In this document: piece after piece, positions 23,820 through 37,396 of the stretch
Position numbering within the stretch: position 1 is the first letter of the stretch
How the letters are laid out: every line of letters begins with the position of its first letter
Origin: Glycera tridactyla
Taxonomy: Eukaryota
Length of the DNA stretch: 63,866 nucleotides
NCBI GenBank assembly: GCA_965644265.1
Contig: OZ286471.1
Coordinates: 76,136,001 to 76,199,866, forward strand
Direction: 5' to 3'
The notes under the pieces: model-generated
Databases searched by the model: none
What the model saw: the letters and a program-made list of their open reading frames with translations, nothing else
What the model was told of the DNA's origin: nothing
Translations under genes and position numbers: made by a program

Positions 23820-25799
23820 GGGATATGCCACTAGGTGATATTCTAACCAGTAGTCACTTTACTGAATAGTTGTCTATTCACTTTAGCTATTGCCTGGCTG
23901 CAGAACAGACATACTATCATCTCCACTGGTTGCCATCAGGTGTCACTCTAACCGGTAGTCACCTCAGCGAATGATTAGGCCTATTCGACTGGTTGATTTC
24001 GTTGAGTGTGCGTTGGCAGAAATGTAGCCCATCCGAAAAGCAAAACGTGCTCAACGACCCGGCCATACTCAGCAAAACTGACCAGTCAAATGGGGCAATT
24101 GTTCATGTCTATTTACTTTAGCTATCAGCTGGCTGCAGAACAGAAAGACTATTATATCCACTGAGTGCCACCAGGTGACAATCTAATGGCTAGTCACCTC
24201 ACTGAATGGTTCTCTATCTACTGCAGCTATCAGCTAGCTGCGGGACAGAGAAACTATTATATCCACCAGTTGCCACTGGGTGTCACTCTAACCAGTAGTT
24301 ACCGCACTGAATGATTGTTCATGTCTGTTTACTGTAGCTATCGGCTGGCTGCGGAACAGCTGAACTATCATATCCACCAGTTGCCACTGGGTGTCACTCT
24401 GACCAGTAGTTACCACACTGAAAGATTAATCATGTCTGTTTACTGTAGCTATCGGCTGGCTGCGGAACAGCTGAACTATCATATCCACCAGTTGCCACTG
24501 GGTGTCACTCTGACCAGTAGTCACCTTACTGAATGATTGTTCATGTGTGTTCACTGTAGCTATCGGCTGGCTGCGGAACAGCTGAACTATCATATCTACC
24601 AGTTGCCACTGGGTGTCACTCTAACCAGTAGCTACCACACTGAATGATTGTTCATGTCTGTTTACTGTAGCTATCGGCTGGCTGCGGAACAGCTGAACTA
24701 TCGTATCCACCAGTTGACACTGGTGTCACTCTAACCAGTAGTTACCACACTGAATGATTGTTCATGTCTGTTTACTGTAGCTATCGGCTGGCTGCGGAAC
24801 AGCTGAACTATCGTATCCACCAGTTGACACTGGGTGTCACTCTAACCAGTAGTTACCACACTGAATGATTGTTCATGTCTGTTTACTGTAGCTATCGGCT
24901 GGCTGCAGAACAGCTGAACTATCATATCCACCAGTTGCCACTGGGTGTCACTCTGACCAGTAGTCACCTTACTGAATGATTTTTCATGTGTGTTCACTGT
25001 AGCTATCGGCTGGCTGCGGAACAGCTGAACTATCATATCTACCAGTTGCCACTGGGTGTCACTCTAACCAGTAGCTGTGTCACTCTAACCAGTAGCTACC
25101 ACACTGAATGATTGTTCATGTCTGTTTACTGTAGCTATCGGCTGGCTGCGGAACAGCTGAACTATCGTATCCACCAGTTGACACTGGTGTCACTCTAACC
25201 AGTAGTTACCACACTGAATGATTGTTCATGTCTGTTTACTGTAGCTATCGGCTGGCTGCGGAACAGCTGAACTATCGTATCCACCAGTTGACACTGGGTG
25301 TCACTCTAACCAGTAGTTACCACACTGAATGATTGTTCATGTCTGTTTACTGTAGCTATCGGCTGGCTGCAGAACAGCTGAACTATCGTATCCACCAGTT
25401 GCCACTGGGTGTCACTCTAACCAGTAGTCACCTTACTGAATGATTGTTCATGTCTGTTTACTGTAGCTATCGGCTGGCTGCGGAACAGATGAACTATTAT
25501 TTCCACCAGTTGCCACTGGGTGTCACTCTGACCAGTAGTCACCTTACTGAATGATTGGTCATGTCTGTTTACTGTAGCTATCGGCTGGCTGCAGAACAGC
25601 TGAACTATCATATCCACCAGTTGCCATTGGGTGTCACTCTAACCAGTAGTCACCTTACTGAATGATTGGTCATGTCTGTTTACTGTAGCTATCGGCTGGT
25701 TGCGGAACAGATGAACTATTATTTCCACCAGTTGCCACTGGGTGTCACTCTGACCAGTAGTTACCGCACTGAATGATTGTTCGTGTCTATTTACTGTAG
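23820..25799 (+). repeat. Second 111-bp acceptor array (13 conserved plus about 3 degenerate units) upstream of pseudogene exon 5
   Basis: CTGTAG|CTATCGGCTGG at AG ends 24337, 24448, 24559, 24670, 24780, 24891, 25002, 25134, 25244, 25355, 25466, 25577 and 25688; degenerate copies at 23886, 24121 and 24226. Confidence 0.95.
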
Positions 25800-26009
25800 C
25801 TATTGGCTGGCCCCTGAGCACCCATACCCGACACCATTTGATGATCGTGTAGTCGCTACTCAATACCTCCTGCCGAATGCAAACAAGTACGGTATTGATC
25901 TCAGGCGTGTGGCTCTTATGGGTAAGTAGAAGAATGAAGCAAGAACGCAAGAAAAATGTCAGGAGTGGATTCTGATTTACTTATCAGAGAGAGTGTGAGA
26001 AACCAAAGT

Positions 26010-26800
26010 GGGGTCATATATTTCCTCAACATTACCGGTCAAATGTGAGGTCCCTCAAGGATCTATATTTGAGCCACTTTTGTTTAGTCTATATATCAAT
26101 GACATACCGGCCAGGTGAGGTGCTCCAACTGTAATCTACCTTCAGCAGTTGAGATGAGTTTGGAAGCAGATACATTATTGTATCCAGACGCCATTATTGT
26201 AGTCATACCCACCAGATATTCTAAGAAATAACCTGAATGCCATTTTGTGTGCAGTTATCAGATGGATACAACTGAATCGATTGTCGTTGAATTTAAAGAA
26301 AACACACTATATGTTACTCGGGCTTCCAACCCATTGTCTGAGTTTGTTGACTTCGATCTATCTGTAAACGCAGTGAATCTTGAGGGGGTTGTGTGTATGA
26401 AGTATCTCGGTATATACCTTGATCCTTCACTCACATTCAGACACCACGTTGCTCATTTTAGATCAAAAACGCTTGGCAAGATTGGCGTCACTATTACTGT
26501 ATACAACACTGTATACCACATTATTTGATTATGGTGACATAACTTTCAACTGTTTGTCCCCACGTGACAAGCTCACAGAAGCTACAGAATATAGCTTTAC
26601 GGTGTATTGCCAGAAGGCCTTGGCGCTACAGTACGAGACAGTTACATCCTGACCTGCAGATAGTAACAGTGAAGCAGCCGCGTGATGAACGTAACACTCA
26701 TCACGAACAACTTTTTCAGCCACTCTCCCGCCGGGGGAGCAGACTGGAAAAATCACTCTCCCGTAAAAGATTCACTCCCCCGAATTTCTTCAAAGAGTGC
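26010..26800 (+). mobile_element. Degenerate CR1/L2-type LINE RT fragments
   Basis: EVPQGSIFEPLLFSLYINDIP (about 26047-26108) and KYLGIYLDPSLTFRHHV..FDYGD, broken by stops and frameshifts. Confidence 0.7.
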
Positions 26801-27794
26801 AAGGAAAACAAGCTCAAAGGAGGCTATCCTGAGAGTAAGTTATTTGTGTGAGTAAATGCCTTATGATGTGAATTTCAAGTTATCCATCAGGTGACTGACT
26901 ATCTAAGTAACACCAAGCATTTTCTGCTCAGGTTCATCCTTCAGAATCGAACTCGTGCAGGTATATGAAAAGTCATCTTGCAAGGAATGGTGTTTTTTGT
27001 TGTAGGAGTCAGGATTGTGTTGTTCTGTCATCACAAAAAATTTATAACTTTCCGATCAACTAAATAATTCACACTCTCCCATCTACAGAGTGAGTCTGGT
27101 CTTTTGTCATGATAAGATACACATGAAGAAAATACTGAACTCTGTCAAATCCAAATGTGGCGGGTACGTTTCAGACGCTAACTTCGTCAATGCTCGTCTG
27201 ATTTGGCATTTAATGGCACAAATAGGTGGTACAGATCCTCCGGCGATTATCGATCCTGGTCTCGGGTAGTCTGCCTGCTTTAGAAGAGGATTATGCGAAC
27301 ATTTCATTGCATTTCTTTGGCGAATCCGCCACCATTATCGGCGTTTATTTGTATGCGAAACAGTGAAGATACGGCCGCCGCACACACCACGAAACCAGTG
27401 TGAAATTAACATATTTTGCGTTCTAAGGTGAAATATACAAGTGAACCTCGTCGAGACCACGATTAAGCTTGACAGACTTTATCTGGATCTTATACAGCAA
27501 ATCCAAGTTGTGAATGAATCGACATCGATCATTCACATGGCACTCGCTCCCGCTTATTGCCTTCGGTCAAGATTCATAGGGTAAAGTACAAAATGTCTGA
27601 AAATATTCCGATATCGTGCAGCAAAGGCCTGGGATGATCATGTGAAAAATATTCCCTGTCTCATTGGAAATGGACAATGATGCTTTCAAAAACCATTTAC
27701 GAGCACTTGGGTTCAGTAAGACACTGTCTCCATGTCAATGCACCGACTCACCAATACACTCATATATTGACATATCTATATTCTGTTCAATGCA

Positions 27795-27996
27795 ACCCAG
27801 TGTGTGCCGACTGGGATATCAACAGCCGGCCGTGTTTGTAGGAGTCTTTTCCTGTGTGCATGTAAAAGAACCTCGGCTGTCTTCCGTAAAGAGTAGGGTC
27901 GACCCCCGCAGCAGTACCTCTCTTATTCAGAATTTTCAGTCCGATATAACCAAAGGTGGTTGAAAGGACGTTAAACTCAAACAAACAAACAAACAA
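27795..27996 (+). mobile_element. SINE-like family A copy
   Basis: Homologous to 4880-5103; GACGTTAAACTC(AAAC)n tail. Confidence 0.7.
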
Positions 27997-28099
27997 TCCA
28001 TTCAATGCATCAACCTGCCATGTATCTAGTCTCATATTTGGGTGTAAACTTCCATATCAACTGGTTTTTTACTAGAATCATAGTTGCCTCACTGTAATT

Positions 28100-30095
28100 T
28101 CATGCAATCTGCTTTTCATATAGCTTCAATGTTATTTCAGCTAGATGAGATTGTTAGTAAGGTTCAAACTAAATGAGATTGATTTTACGTGTCTCCATCA
28201 TCACTATCTGTACTCATTCTACATCGAAACTACATTCTCAATTTCACTTCAAAGGTATTTGAAAAAATGATAGCCTCACAGCTTATTTTGTATATGGAAA
28301 ATCAGTATCTCGATGGAGCACTAGAGTCAGCTTATAGAAGACAGCATTGAACTGAGACTGCACCAGTCAAAGTACACGATGACATCACAATGGCACTGGA
28401 TCAACAGAGGTCAGTCATCATAGTGCTACTTGATTTATCAGTTGCTTTGATACAGCTGATCACAGTATTTTTCTTACTAGACTCAAGACAAGAATAGTCC
28501 TGGGAGGTACAACATTGAAATAGTTTCATTCTTATCTAAATGTTCGAAAGCGGACACTTATATCTCCCTCCAATCTAACTGGAAGTTGAGATAATCAAAG
28601 TCACATATCTGATTTCAATCTCACCAGCTGACCAGTGATCTGAGATGTGAGGTAATGACTACATACCCACATCACAGGGGTCCTATCTGGAGGAGTGGCA
28701 GGGGCGGTCTAACTGCCACCAACCTGCATATGATTACTCACAGCACACATCCAGAAAAGTTGCAAATTTCAAACCTAAATTTTCCAAATTCATTTTTGTG
28801 CGATTATTCTCATATTCTGTACAACGTTGTTATCCAATTAATATGTATGGAAGCTGTGAAGAGCCCATGAGTGACAGATCATTATGAAAAATGAGATGTA
28901 AAGTATCACCCCTATTGGTTACCATTGGTAGTGAGGAGGCCTCGTTGACAGAACTAGAATCATAGGGCCATCTGTGCATGCCCGGACCCCTACTTCACCC
29001 CTCCCAAGACTGGAGAGGAGGTAGTGAGGAGAGCCCGTATTGCCTGATATCAAGATTAGGAATGCACACATCGTCCCAGTTGGGCATGCCAGAAACATCA
29101 GAACTATATTTGATGATAGTTTGACCATGAATAAACAAATGACCATGGCCTGCCAAGCAGCAAACTTCCAAATCTGTAGGATAGGACGTATCCATGCATA
29201 CCTATCCTATGAAGACTCAAAGACAGTCGTACATTCACTTGTTACACCTCAAATTGATGATGGTAATGCTTTGCTTATTGGTCTGCCTAAGGATAAAATC
29301 AGAAAGCTGCAATATACCTTCAATGCAGCAGCTCATGTGGTAGCTTCTGCCGAAAAGTGGGACCACATTAACCCAGTGTTGGAATAACTCCACTGGTTGC
29401 CAGCAGAGCAGAGAATCATCTATAAGATCTGTCTTTTCATGTACAAAGCTCAACATAACTTAGCCTCAGAATATCTGAGCAATCCAATAAAATGGCAAGT
29501 TGATCATTATGATCGATGATAAAAATGGCCTTTGAATATGCAGGCCCGAAACTGATGAATTCCTTACCACAATAGATGAGAGATCCAGCCAGTCTGAATA
29601 CATTCAATTTCTCACAAAAAACCTATTTTATCAGAAACTATTATGACGCAGACTAGACTGGAATGATCACTGAACCTACAGCAGCAGCATCGATAATTCA
29701 TCTATTTTGACCCATCTAAAATGTGAGTGTGTGCATGCACACGTGCATGCACACATGCATGCCTGTGTGTGTTTGCATTTCATGTATGCTGGTGTGTGGA
29801 TCAAGCAGAATGAATAGACTTACTGCCTGCGGCTGGCAGCAGGTCTGGTCCTCCCCTGAATGTTGGGATCCACCTACCTGCTGGTCGTTGTGGTCATGCA
29901 CTTGTCAACAAAACACTTCATTATCTGATCCCATTATTGTAATTGTGTATTATCTATTTCTTTGGTAATAATTATATTTTATCATGGAGTCTTGTAGACA
30001 TTTGTTATTCACTTGTGAAGTGCCTTTGAACATGCTATGGATATTGGCGCTATATAAATCACTATTGTTATCATTATTATTACTATCATTATATA
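28100..30095 (+). mobile_element. Fragmented L2-clade LINE (RT plus 3' tail) with internal insertions
   Basis: SAYRRQH*TETAPVKVHDDI..VLLDLSVAFDTADH (about 28325-28480); LQYTFNAAAHVV..DHINPVLE*LHWLP (to about 29460); L2-like tail GTGAAGTGCCTTTGA..GCGCTATATAAAT(TAT)n at about 30015-30090. Confidence 0.8.
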
Positions 30096-33000
30096 TGCAT
30101 GTATGTATTGCATATACTGGAAATTCGTCATCAATCCTCCGATATTTGGTTGCTAGGTAAAAGTGCAGGGGCTAACCTAGCAGCAGCGGTGTCCATGCTG
30201 CTGAGAGATGAAGACTAGGACTACCAGCCCAAGCTACAGGTCCTGATATACCCCCCACTACAGGCGGTCGACTTTCTCACACCCTCTTACCAGTTCTACC
30301 AGCATGAGCGCTCACTCTCCAAAACTATCATGGTTCGCTTCTGGCTCTGGTGAGTAATTGTAAAATGCAACGATGCTCTCTAACATTCCATGATCTTGAC
30401 AATATCGATGAAAATTCTGGTGAATCATACTTCACAATATTGAAACAGGGCCCAAGCCTGCTGCCACTCATGCCTTCCTGGGGCAGGCTACTTGGCAGGT
30501 GTCCTTTGGGCACTTCTAATACTGGGTTGTGAGTCTGGTGGTCTTACCTGCTTTCTTAGCCCCCCCCCCCCCCCCCCACGGCCTGCAAATATACCTTACT
30601 GTACTCTACCATGGACATTAACAGTCATTCACTGAGCCACAGTGATCAAAATAATTTCTCTTCAGTTGCTAAATGACTGATAAAAAATACAATCAAAATT
30701 AATGAAATACAGATAGAGTATAGCATTTCATATATGATGATTTTCTGTTTTTAAGAATTTTTAAATATTATAAAACATCATAATGTTTTTTTCACTAAAT
30801 CAGAGTATTCTCTGCAATGAATCTGTCACATCCAATAGTAAATGTCATATTACGTAGCCGATAAATGCTTGGAATCATATCTCGAAATTAATGAGATGGC
30901 AACAGGAAGTAGGAATCACCTCACTGCAAGTGCCAACTTGTTGAACTCAATTCTGTTAACTCCGTATGGTGGAGACCCTGTGGAGTGCCCAGGGAAGAAT
31001 AGGCCCCACATGCTTCCATATGTGTCGTTAGAGGGGACTAAGTAGGAGCTCAGAGATGACACTGAGTGTTTGTGAATTTCATATATTGTTGCCCGCTGTA
31101 AGGGACCCAGAAGGAGGGGTCTTGAATGATCCACTCATGCCCATTGTATGGGTGTCACAATATAGCAGAGATGGTGCTGACATGTCAGTTAACCCCAAAC
31201 AAACAAACGAACAACAAACAAGGAATGAAATCGGATTATCTCATTAATCTCATCGATCATTTATTCAGATCATTATGGTCATCCTCGACCAGGAATTGAT
31301 CCCATTCACCCCATATATCTAGGACAGTTCATAGTGTTGTGCAATTCACCAAACAAATTATCGGATAGCTGGAATGGCTTTGATGTGAATAGAAAGCCAG
31401 AAACCATTCCTGACATACCTACACTTTATCACCAGCCATTGAGGAGTGAGGATCAAACCCATACATAACTCTTTTGGTCTATCGCTGGTCTTAGTGCCTG
31501 ATGTCATAATAAAAGCTATATAAATTACACAGTTTGGTGCTGCCAATATACATTTCAAAACATTGCACATTGTGACATCAACGTGGATATCCAGTGTACC
31601 AATCCTAGTTTCACAGAGGGACACAGTTACCACAAAATGTCTGACCTACTGGCTGCCATTTAGTTCAGTGATCTCTGCACTCTCAAATCAGTAATGATTT
31701 TTCAGATTGGGATTTCATTTACAGTACATGATATGATATGTCTGTTTAGGTATGCATTTGGTGACCTGGATGACTTTGATGAAGTCATGATCAACATGCA
31801 CACATCACATGAGGTGAAGAAACAGTTATCAGCCTGCAAGTTGGACCATGCAACCCTAGGTATCAGCACTCAGTCTGACTATAAGGAGACTGACCTGGAC
31901 TCTGGCAACAGCACTCTCTGGGCTGAGATAGTCGACCTGTTTCAGAACCCCTACTTCCCGCTCTTGATGGCTGATGATTTCAGCCATCTTCCAAAGGTTA
32001 GCATCATCGATTATATACTCTATCCTACGATGTTAATTTCGATCACCCTATTATCAATGTCTTTTTCACAAATTCTTGCAAGATGGAGATAAATCGAGCA
32101 GTAGATAAATCAATTCATCATAAATCATCCCATCAACTTCATGGCCACCATTTTACACACAAATAACACGCACATTTCTTAGAGTTGATGTTTTTAAATG
32201 TCTCAAAAGAGCTCGTTTGAGGTTGACATTTTGTAATCCAACCCGAAATTGAGTATTTTCAGACTATATTCAGTTTCTTGTTTTGAACAATTTGCTTGAT
32301 CAAAGCATTGCTATTAGGGTTTGGTGTCAGCTTCCAGCTACTCACATGATCATGAATGCCATCTAACAGTCTATCAATTGATTTGATGTTGATAGAGGTG
32401 TTTCTGAACTGTCAGCTATCTACTTCCACTTGACAATTTGTTTTGGTTCCCCATCATTCTGTACTCAGACTCAGGGTGTGTGCGTTGAAGCCTGCAGTGG
32501 ATAGAGCATTCATCCCTCATCGATCTTAGAACTCTTGACTTGAATTTGAATTTGGAACTTTTATTTTAGCTCTTTGTGAGAAGGTCCTGGGAGATCATAT
32601 CTTTCCCATAAAAGCACAAAATAGACATATGCAAATACAGATGGCATATAACATGGTACATAATGGTATATGATAAAATGACATGTATGGATAAGAAGAA
32701 ATCAGATCAAATATTTCCAAACAAANNNNNNNNNNNNNNNNNNNNNNNNNNNNNNNNNNNNNNNNNNNNNNNNNNNNNNNNNNNNNNNNNNNNNNNNNNN
32801 NNNNNNNNNNNNNNNNNNNNNNNNNNNNNNNNNNNNNNNNNNNNNNNNNNNNNNNNNNNNNNNNNNNNNNNNNNNNNNNNNNNNNNNNNNNNNNNNNNNN
32901 NNNNNNNNNNNNNNNNNNNNNNNNNNNNNNNNNNNNNNNNNNNNNNNNNNNNNNNNNNNNNNNNNNGCACTTAGGTAGGTAAATATCTCGACTATAGAAG

Positions 33001-34519
33001 TATTATTGTTGGTGGAAAGCTGTGATCAGCTATTCCTTGGCTGCCGCACATGCATAATTCTTCGGTTTAATGCGCAGCATTGTACTCCAACGATCCAACC
33101 AACCAGACAACCATAAACCCTCCGGAATGACACCTTGAATTTCAGTTTCTCCTCCCATTATGAACCCAGAAGGAGAAATCTTGGATGATCCTACTCATGC
33201 CCATTTGCATGGGTGTCTCAATATAGCCCAGATGGTGTTAACAAGACGTTAAACAATCGACCGATCAATCAATCAAAACAAGTGACCATCCAACCAAACT
33301 CTTTTGTATATTTCTGTGTATTGCAGGCTAATATAATGACAGCCGAGTAGGACGTTCTGCGTGATGATAGTACCTGGTATACGCAAAGATTACATGCAGC
33401 TAGAAATGACGTCACGCATGTACACATGGAGTTTGCCTTCCATGGTCTTCTCACTATAATCACATTCGAAGACTGTCATCGTGCATGGCGGAACGTCTAA
33501 GGATATGTTGAGAAGGAACTGTAAATAACTCTGTGAAGATTATTATAATCAATATTCAACATCTGTTGAAAAGTAAATCAGAAGGGAAGATATTCACTAC
33601 TGCTTGAAGTCATTTTATCTATAAAAAGTAAGAGTGTGTATTAAAAGAGACTTTCAAAAAACACTGTTCGAGTCTAGTATCTCATTGGTTTTCCTCTTCC
33701 TACTTGAGCACTCACAGAATCAAACAAAGTCTTGGATCTCTGAACCTGGATCGGGATCACTCACAATTTTCTTTTGGTACCCAGCTGGCTACTAACAATT
33801 TTCATATGTAAGAATCAATAATTCACTTAATTTGTCTCCACATCGTGAGCGCATGTGATCCAAATTTCCAAGATCAAAATCCCATCAAATGGGTTCATGA
33901 ACATTTTTCTCGATCACATTGATGAATTGATGTGGTCTTTTCTCTACTTTAATGACGTTGTTCATTTTCTGTGATTGTTTATATTGCAAGAAATATGTGT
34001 GTTTGTTTGTGAAGTGGAAAATTCTGAAAAAAAAAGAATTATATTCTTTCATGAATAATGAATGAATCCTATCGCAATGCAGCAAGAACAGTACAAGTCT
34101 GGGTGTTACAATGCTACTCGGAATAAGTATGGATATCTAAATGTTGCATAAATCAGGTATGAGTATCACAATGTAACAATGATTGGGTGTGGACATCCCA
34201 ATGTGAAATGGACATCCCGATGTGACAAGGTCAAGTATGGACATCACAATGTGACATCAATCATGTATATGGTCATCAAAATGTGACATAGATCAAGTTT
34301 AGACATCTCAATGCGACATATATTATGTATTGATATCATGATGTGGCATAGATCAAGTATGGACAACACGATATTGCATTGATTAGGTATGGCCATCGTA
34401 GTATGACAAGGATCAAGTATGGACATGATAATGTGGTACAGCTCATGCAATAGCACCACAATTTATCATATAGTCCTTGTGCTTCCAGGCTGCCTAATAA
34501 CAAAGGGCTCAAGAGAACA

Positions 34520-35420
34520 AAATCAGAAGTAGAAGATAGAATGAGCTTGACTCAGTTTTTCGCCACAACCAGATATTACTCTCCAAGGAAACATCTATTG
34601 CCAAAAGTTTGGAACAGCTATGGGCAGCCCAGTCCCCCCCCCCTCCCCCACCCTATAATGACAAACATTTTCATGGAGTGGCTAGAGGAAAAATCTATTG
34701 TAACCGCACCTCTGAACTGTAAGCCGCAACTGTGGAAAAAGTATGTGGACGACACCAATAGCATCAAATTCACACACGAACCAGAAAGTGAGGGGAAGAT
34801 TCCGTTTCTTGACACTCTTATTGTGAGAAGAGAGGATAGGATGGCTGTGTCAAATTACTAGCTTACAGGAATCCACACACACTGACCAATGTCTGGTATT
34901 TGACTCCCACTGCCCATTACATCATAAACTAGATGTTGTGAGGACCTTACGTGACAAGTGACAAGAGCTTCGAGTAAGAGCACATAAGAAATGCCCTGAT
35001 GCAGTGCCAAAAGGAGAAATAGAAGATATGTGAGATCGTCTATACTTTCCTCTGTAACCACTGCCAATCAAAATATGTAGGTGAGACTGGGAGAGCAATT
35101 GGGATCTGAATTAACGAACATAAAAAAAGTGATGAAAGAGTCAACAAAGATCCAAACATGAGCTAAATGGAAGTCCTCAATAAAAGAACGCCAGAAATCA
35201 GCAATCACCGATCATGTAGTAGCCATCAACCAAATCATAATCCAGAAGGAAAGCCAAATTGTGGGCCAAGAAAGTGATAAATTTCAAAGATGTGTCAAGA
35301 AAAGCATTTACATCAGAATGGTGGGTAAAGAAGATCCAATAACGACTGCACCAGATCGTCGCAACACCACTTAGCGGCGATCAGTTTTGAACAAGATGGC
35401 TGTCAATCATCGAAAACTGT
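34520..35420 (+). mobile_element. Heavily deleted Penelope-like element (RT and GIY-YIG remnants)
   Basis: NIFMEWLEEK..WKKYVDDT..IKFTHEPESEGKIPFLDTLI, plus a frameshifted YVGETGRAIG..RINEHKK..SAITDH segment. Confidence 0.75.
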
Positions 35421-37102
35421 CTAGTCTGTCGAGAGCGGGCTCAGATAGCGCACTATTAGAGTCCGTTTATATCAAATCAGGACAGTTGTGTCGTTACTTG
35501 TGATTGGCCCCTGGCTGTGCACTGACACCCAGCTAGTACCTGTCAATTGCGNNNNNNNNNNNNNNNNNNNNNNNNNNNNNNNNNNNNNNNNNNNNNNNNN
35601 NNNNNNNNNNNNNNNNNNNNNNNNNNNNNNNNNNNNNNNNNNNNNNNNNNNNNNNNNNNNNNNNNNNNNNNNNNNNNNNNNTGGTAAGTTGGTTGGTTGG
35701 TTTGACGTTGATTGGGCGTTGAGTACATGATCATGATAATGATTGCCACGGTGTGTAAAATTAACTGAAAGTAAAGCTACTCACACATATGAATATGAAT
35801 TTAGCTGTATCTTGCAAAGGGAACATGTACAAATTGGGAACCAATCAACATGCACATGAACCATGCTAACACAAGACAAATGGCACGGTGTATTTGGGTC
35901 ATTTGAAAAATGAGATTTGATCGATTTTTTGTGAACAATTAGGACAGCGTGAAAGATCGCCTTCTGGAATATCTGAATATAAACTGCTCAAGAGGAATGG
36001 ATTTATCTCACCGTTGGCGATAATATTGATAGTTCGTCAGTTTGGGTCGACGACGATGATGATGTTGTTATAGTCGTACGTCGTCATCGTTTTCGTCATC
36101 ATCGTCTCTCTCCCTCCCCCCCCCCCCCCTCTCTCTCTCTCTCTCTTCACACTACCAGCCCTAGTTAGACTGACCCGCCCCAAGTGGCGGCGCCTGGAAC
36201 AGTGAAATCTATCAGGCCAGAACTGGCCTGATTGATTTCATCGGAGCATTAGCTATGAACAGTCCCAATTCGGTCGCGCCGGTGGGACTGTCCGGAGAGT
36301 CTACGAAACTGTCAACAAAGTGAGTGAGAGTTTGTTGGTCATGTAAGAAGACTCACGTAGTTCTGCAAACGGGGAGCGATTTAGAAGTCAGTTCCAAACA
36401 CGCCGATTTCTAGTTCGAGCACTGAGACGAAAAAAAACACCTGTCCAACCTGACCACCAGAGTCTATCTCAATTTGTCAAGAATTGATTTTGGCGGACAT
36501 CAAAAAGGTGAGTGGGACCTGCAATTTGCCAGACTTGTTGATGGTCCAGCTTGTACACTAGCTAGGTCACTTCTGTCTTTGGCATTGGCTATATCAGAAA
36601 AAAGTGGACATTCATTGATAGAAGTTTTGATACTGGCTGCTTGAATCTGTTTGTTGACCAAAATGTTTTGGTATTGTCCACTGAGTTGCTCAATTCAAGG
36701 TGGTGGAATCTGCCTGCGGCATGGGAACCACAGTCTAATGCAGACTAAGTCAATGCATAAAGATGAAACAATGATCAAGTATGGACGGGCATTACAGACG
36801 TTATGTTCTGGGGTTGAAATTGCAAAGTGACATAGATATGGTTCATGTGTCAAACTTTGCGCTTCCCGTCATCTTTTGTTCGGGGTTTGCGTGGGAGATG
36901 CCTGCAGGGGACAGAACATATAATTTCATTCTTGACATGCCAACTTGTGTCATCCTCCAACTACAACCAAACACGGAGGTGTTCTGTCCATATTGATTGC
37001 TTTGTAGTTTTATGTCAGATTAGAATCATCTTGGCTACAATGAAACACCAATACAATGGACCAAAAAGATGGTATCAGGTCCTGATTGACCCATTCTAAA
37101 TC

Positions 37103-37188
37103 CAGTCGAACCTTCTCTACAGACCACCTCTCTACAGAGGCAACTCTTTGATGCGACTGAGGGCGGTTTGCATAGAGAGGTTCGACTG
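37103..37188. mobile_element. Short Tc1/pogo-type MITE (TIR CAGTCGAACCT)
   Basis: CAGTCGAACCT...AGGTTCGACTG|TA; same family as 43596 and 46021. Confidence 0.75.
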
Positions 37189-37396
37189 TATTTCAATGGG
37201 AATGGTCCGGCAAATCAAACTGTCACATTGATTACACTAGTTCATGAGTGTCGGGTATGTTTCAAAGGAGTTTTCATCTATCATATACTCTATATATCTC
37301 ACAAGAAAATTACTCATTCATGGCAATTTTATGAAAAATACACCACATTAGGAGAATTGACCAGTCTCGAGCTAGTTTGATGATCATACGTCGCTT

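Larger units (their letters stand above)
25800..33524 (+). pseudogene. Partial tandem duplicate of the AADAC-like gene (exons 5-8: 25800-25921, 30157-30349, 31750-31996, 33327-33524)
   Basis: Same splice sites and phases as gene 1. YRLAPE>YWLAPE, GDSAGGN>GKSAGAN, TAG at 30216-30218, TAG at 33348-33350, TAA at 33498-33500, and a 9-nt deletion in exon 7. No exons 1-4 found. Confidence 0.92.

Noticed and set aside
24315-24536. 73-aa ORF through two array units as a real protein
   Set aside because: It exists only because one unit has TGA>AGA; all other units keep the stop.
16040-25799. The 111-bp arrays as CRISPR arrays
   Set aside because: Whole units are homologous, with no unique spacers and no cas genes; the context is a eukaryotic intron.
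36184-36202. TGGCGGCGCCTGGAACAG as a tRNA-Lys primer-binding site of an LTR element
   Set aside because: The match is imperfect and there is no LTR or gag/pol nearby.
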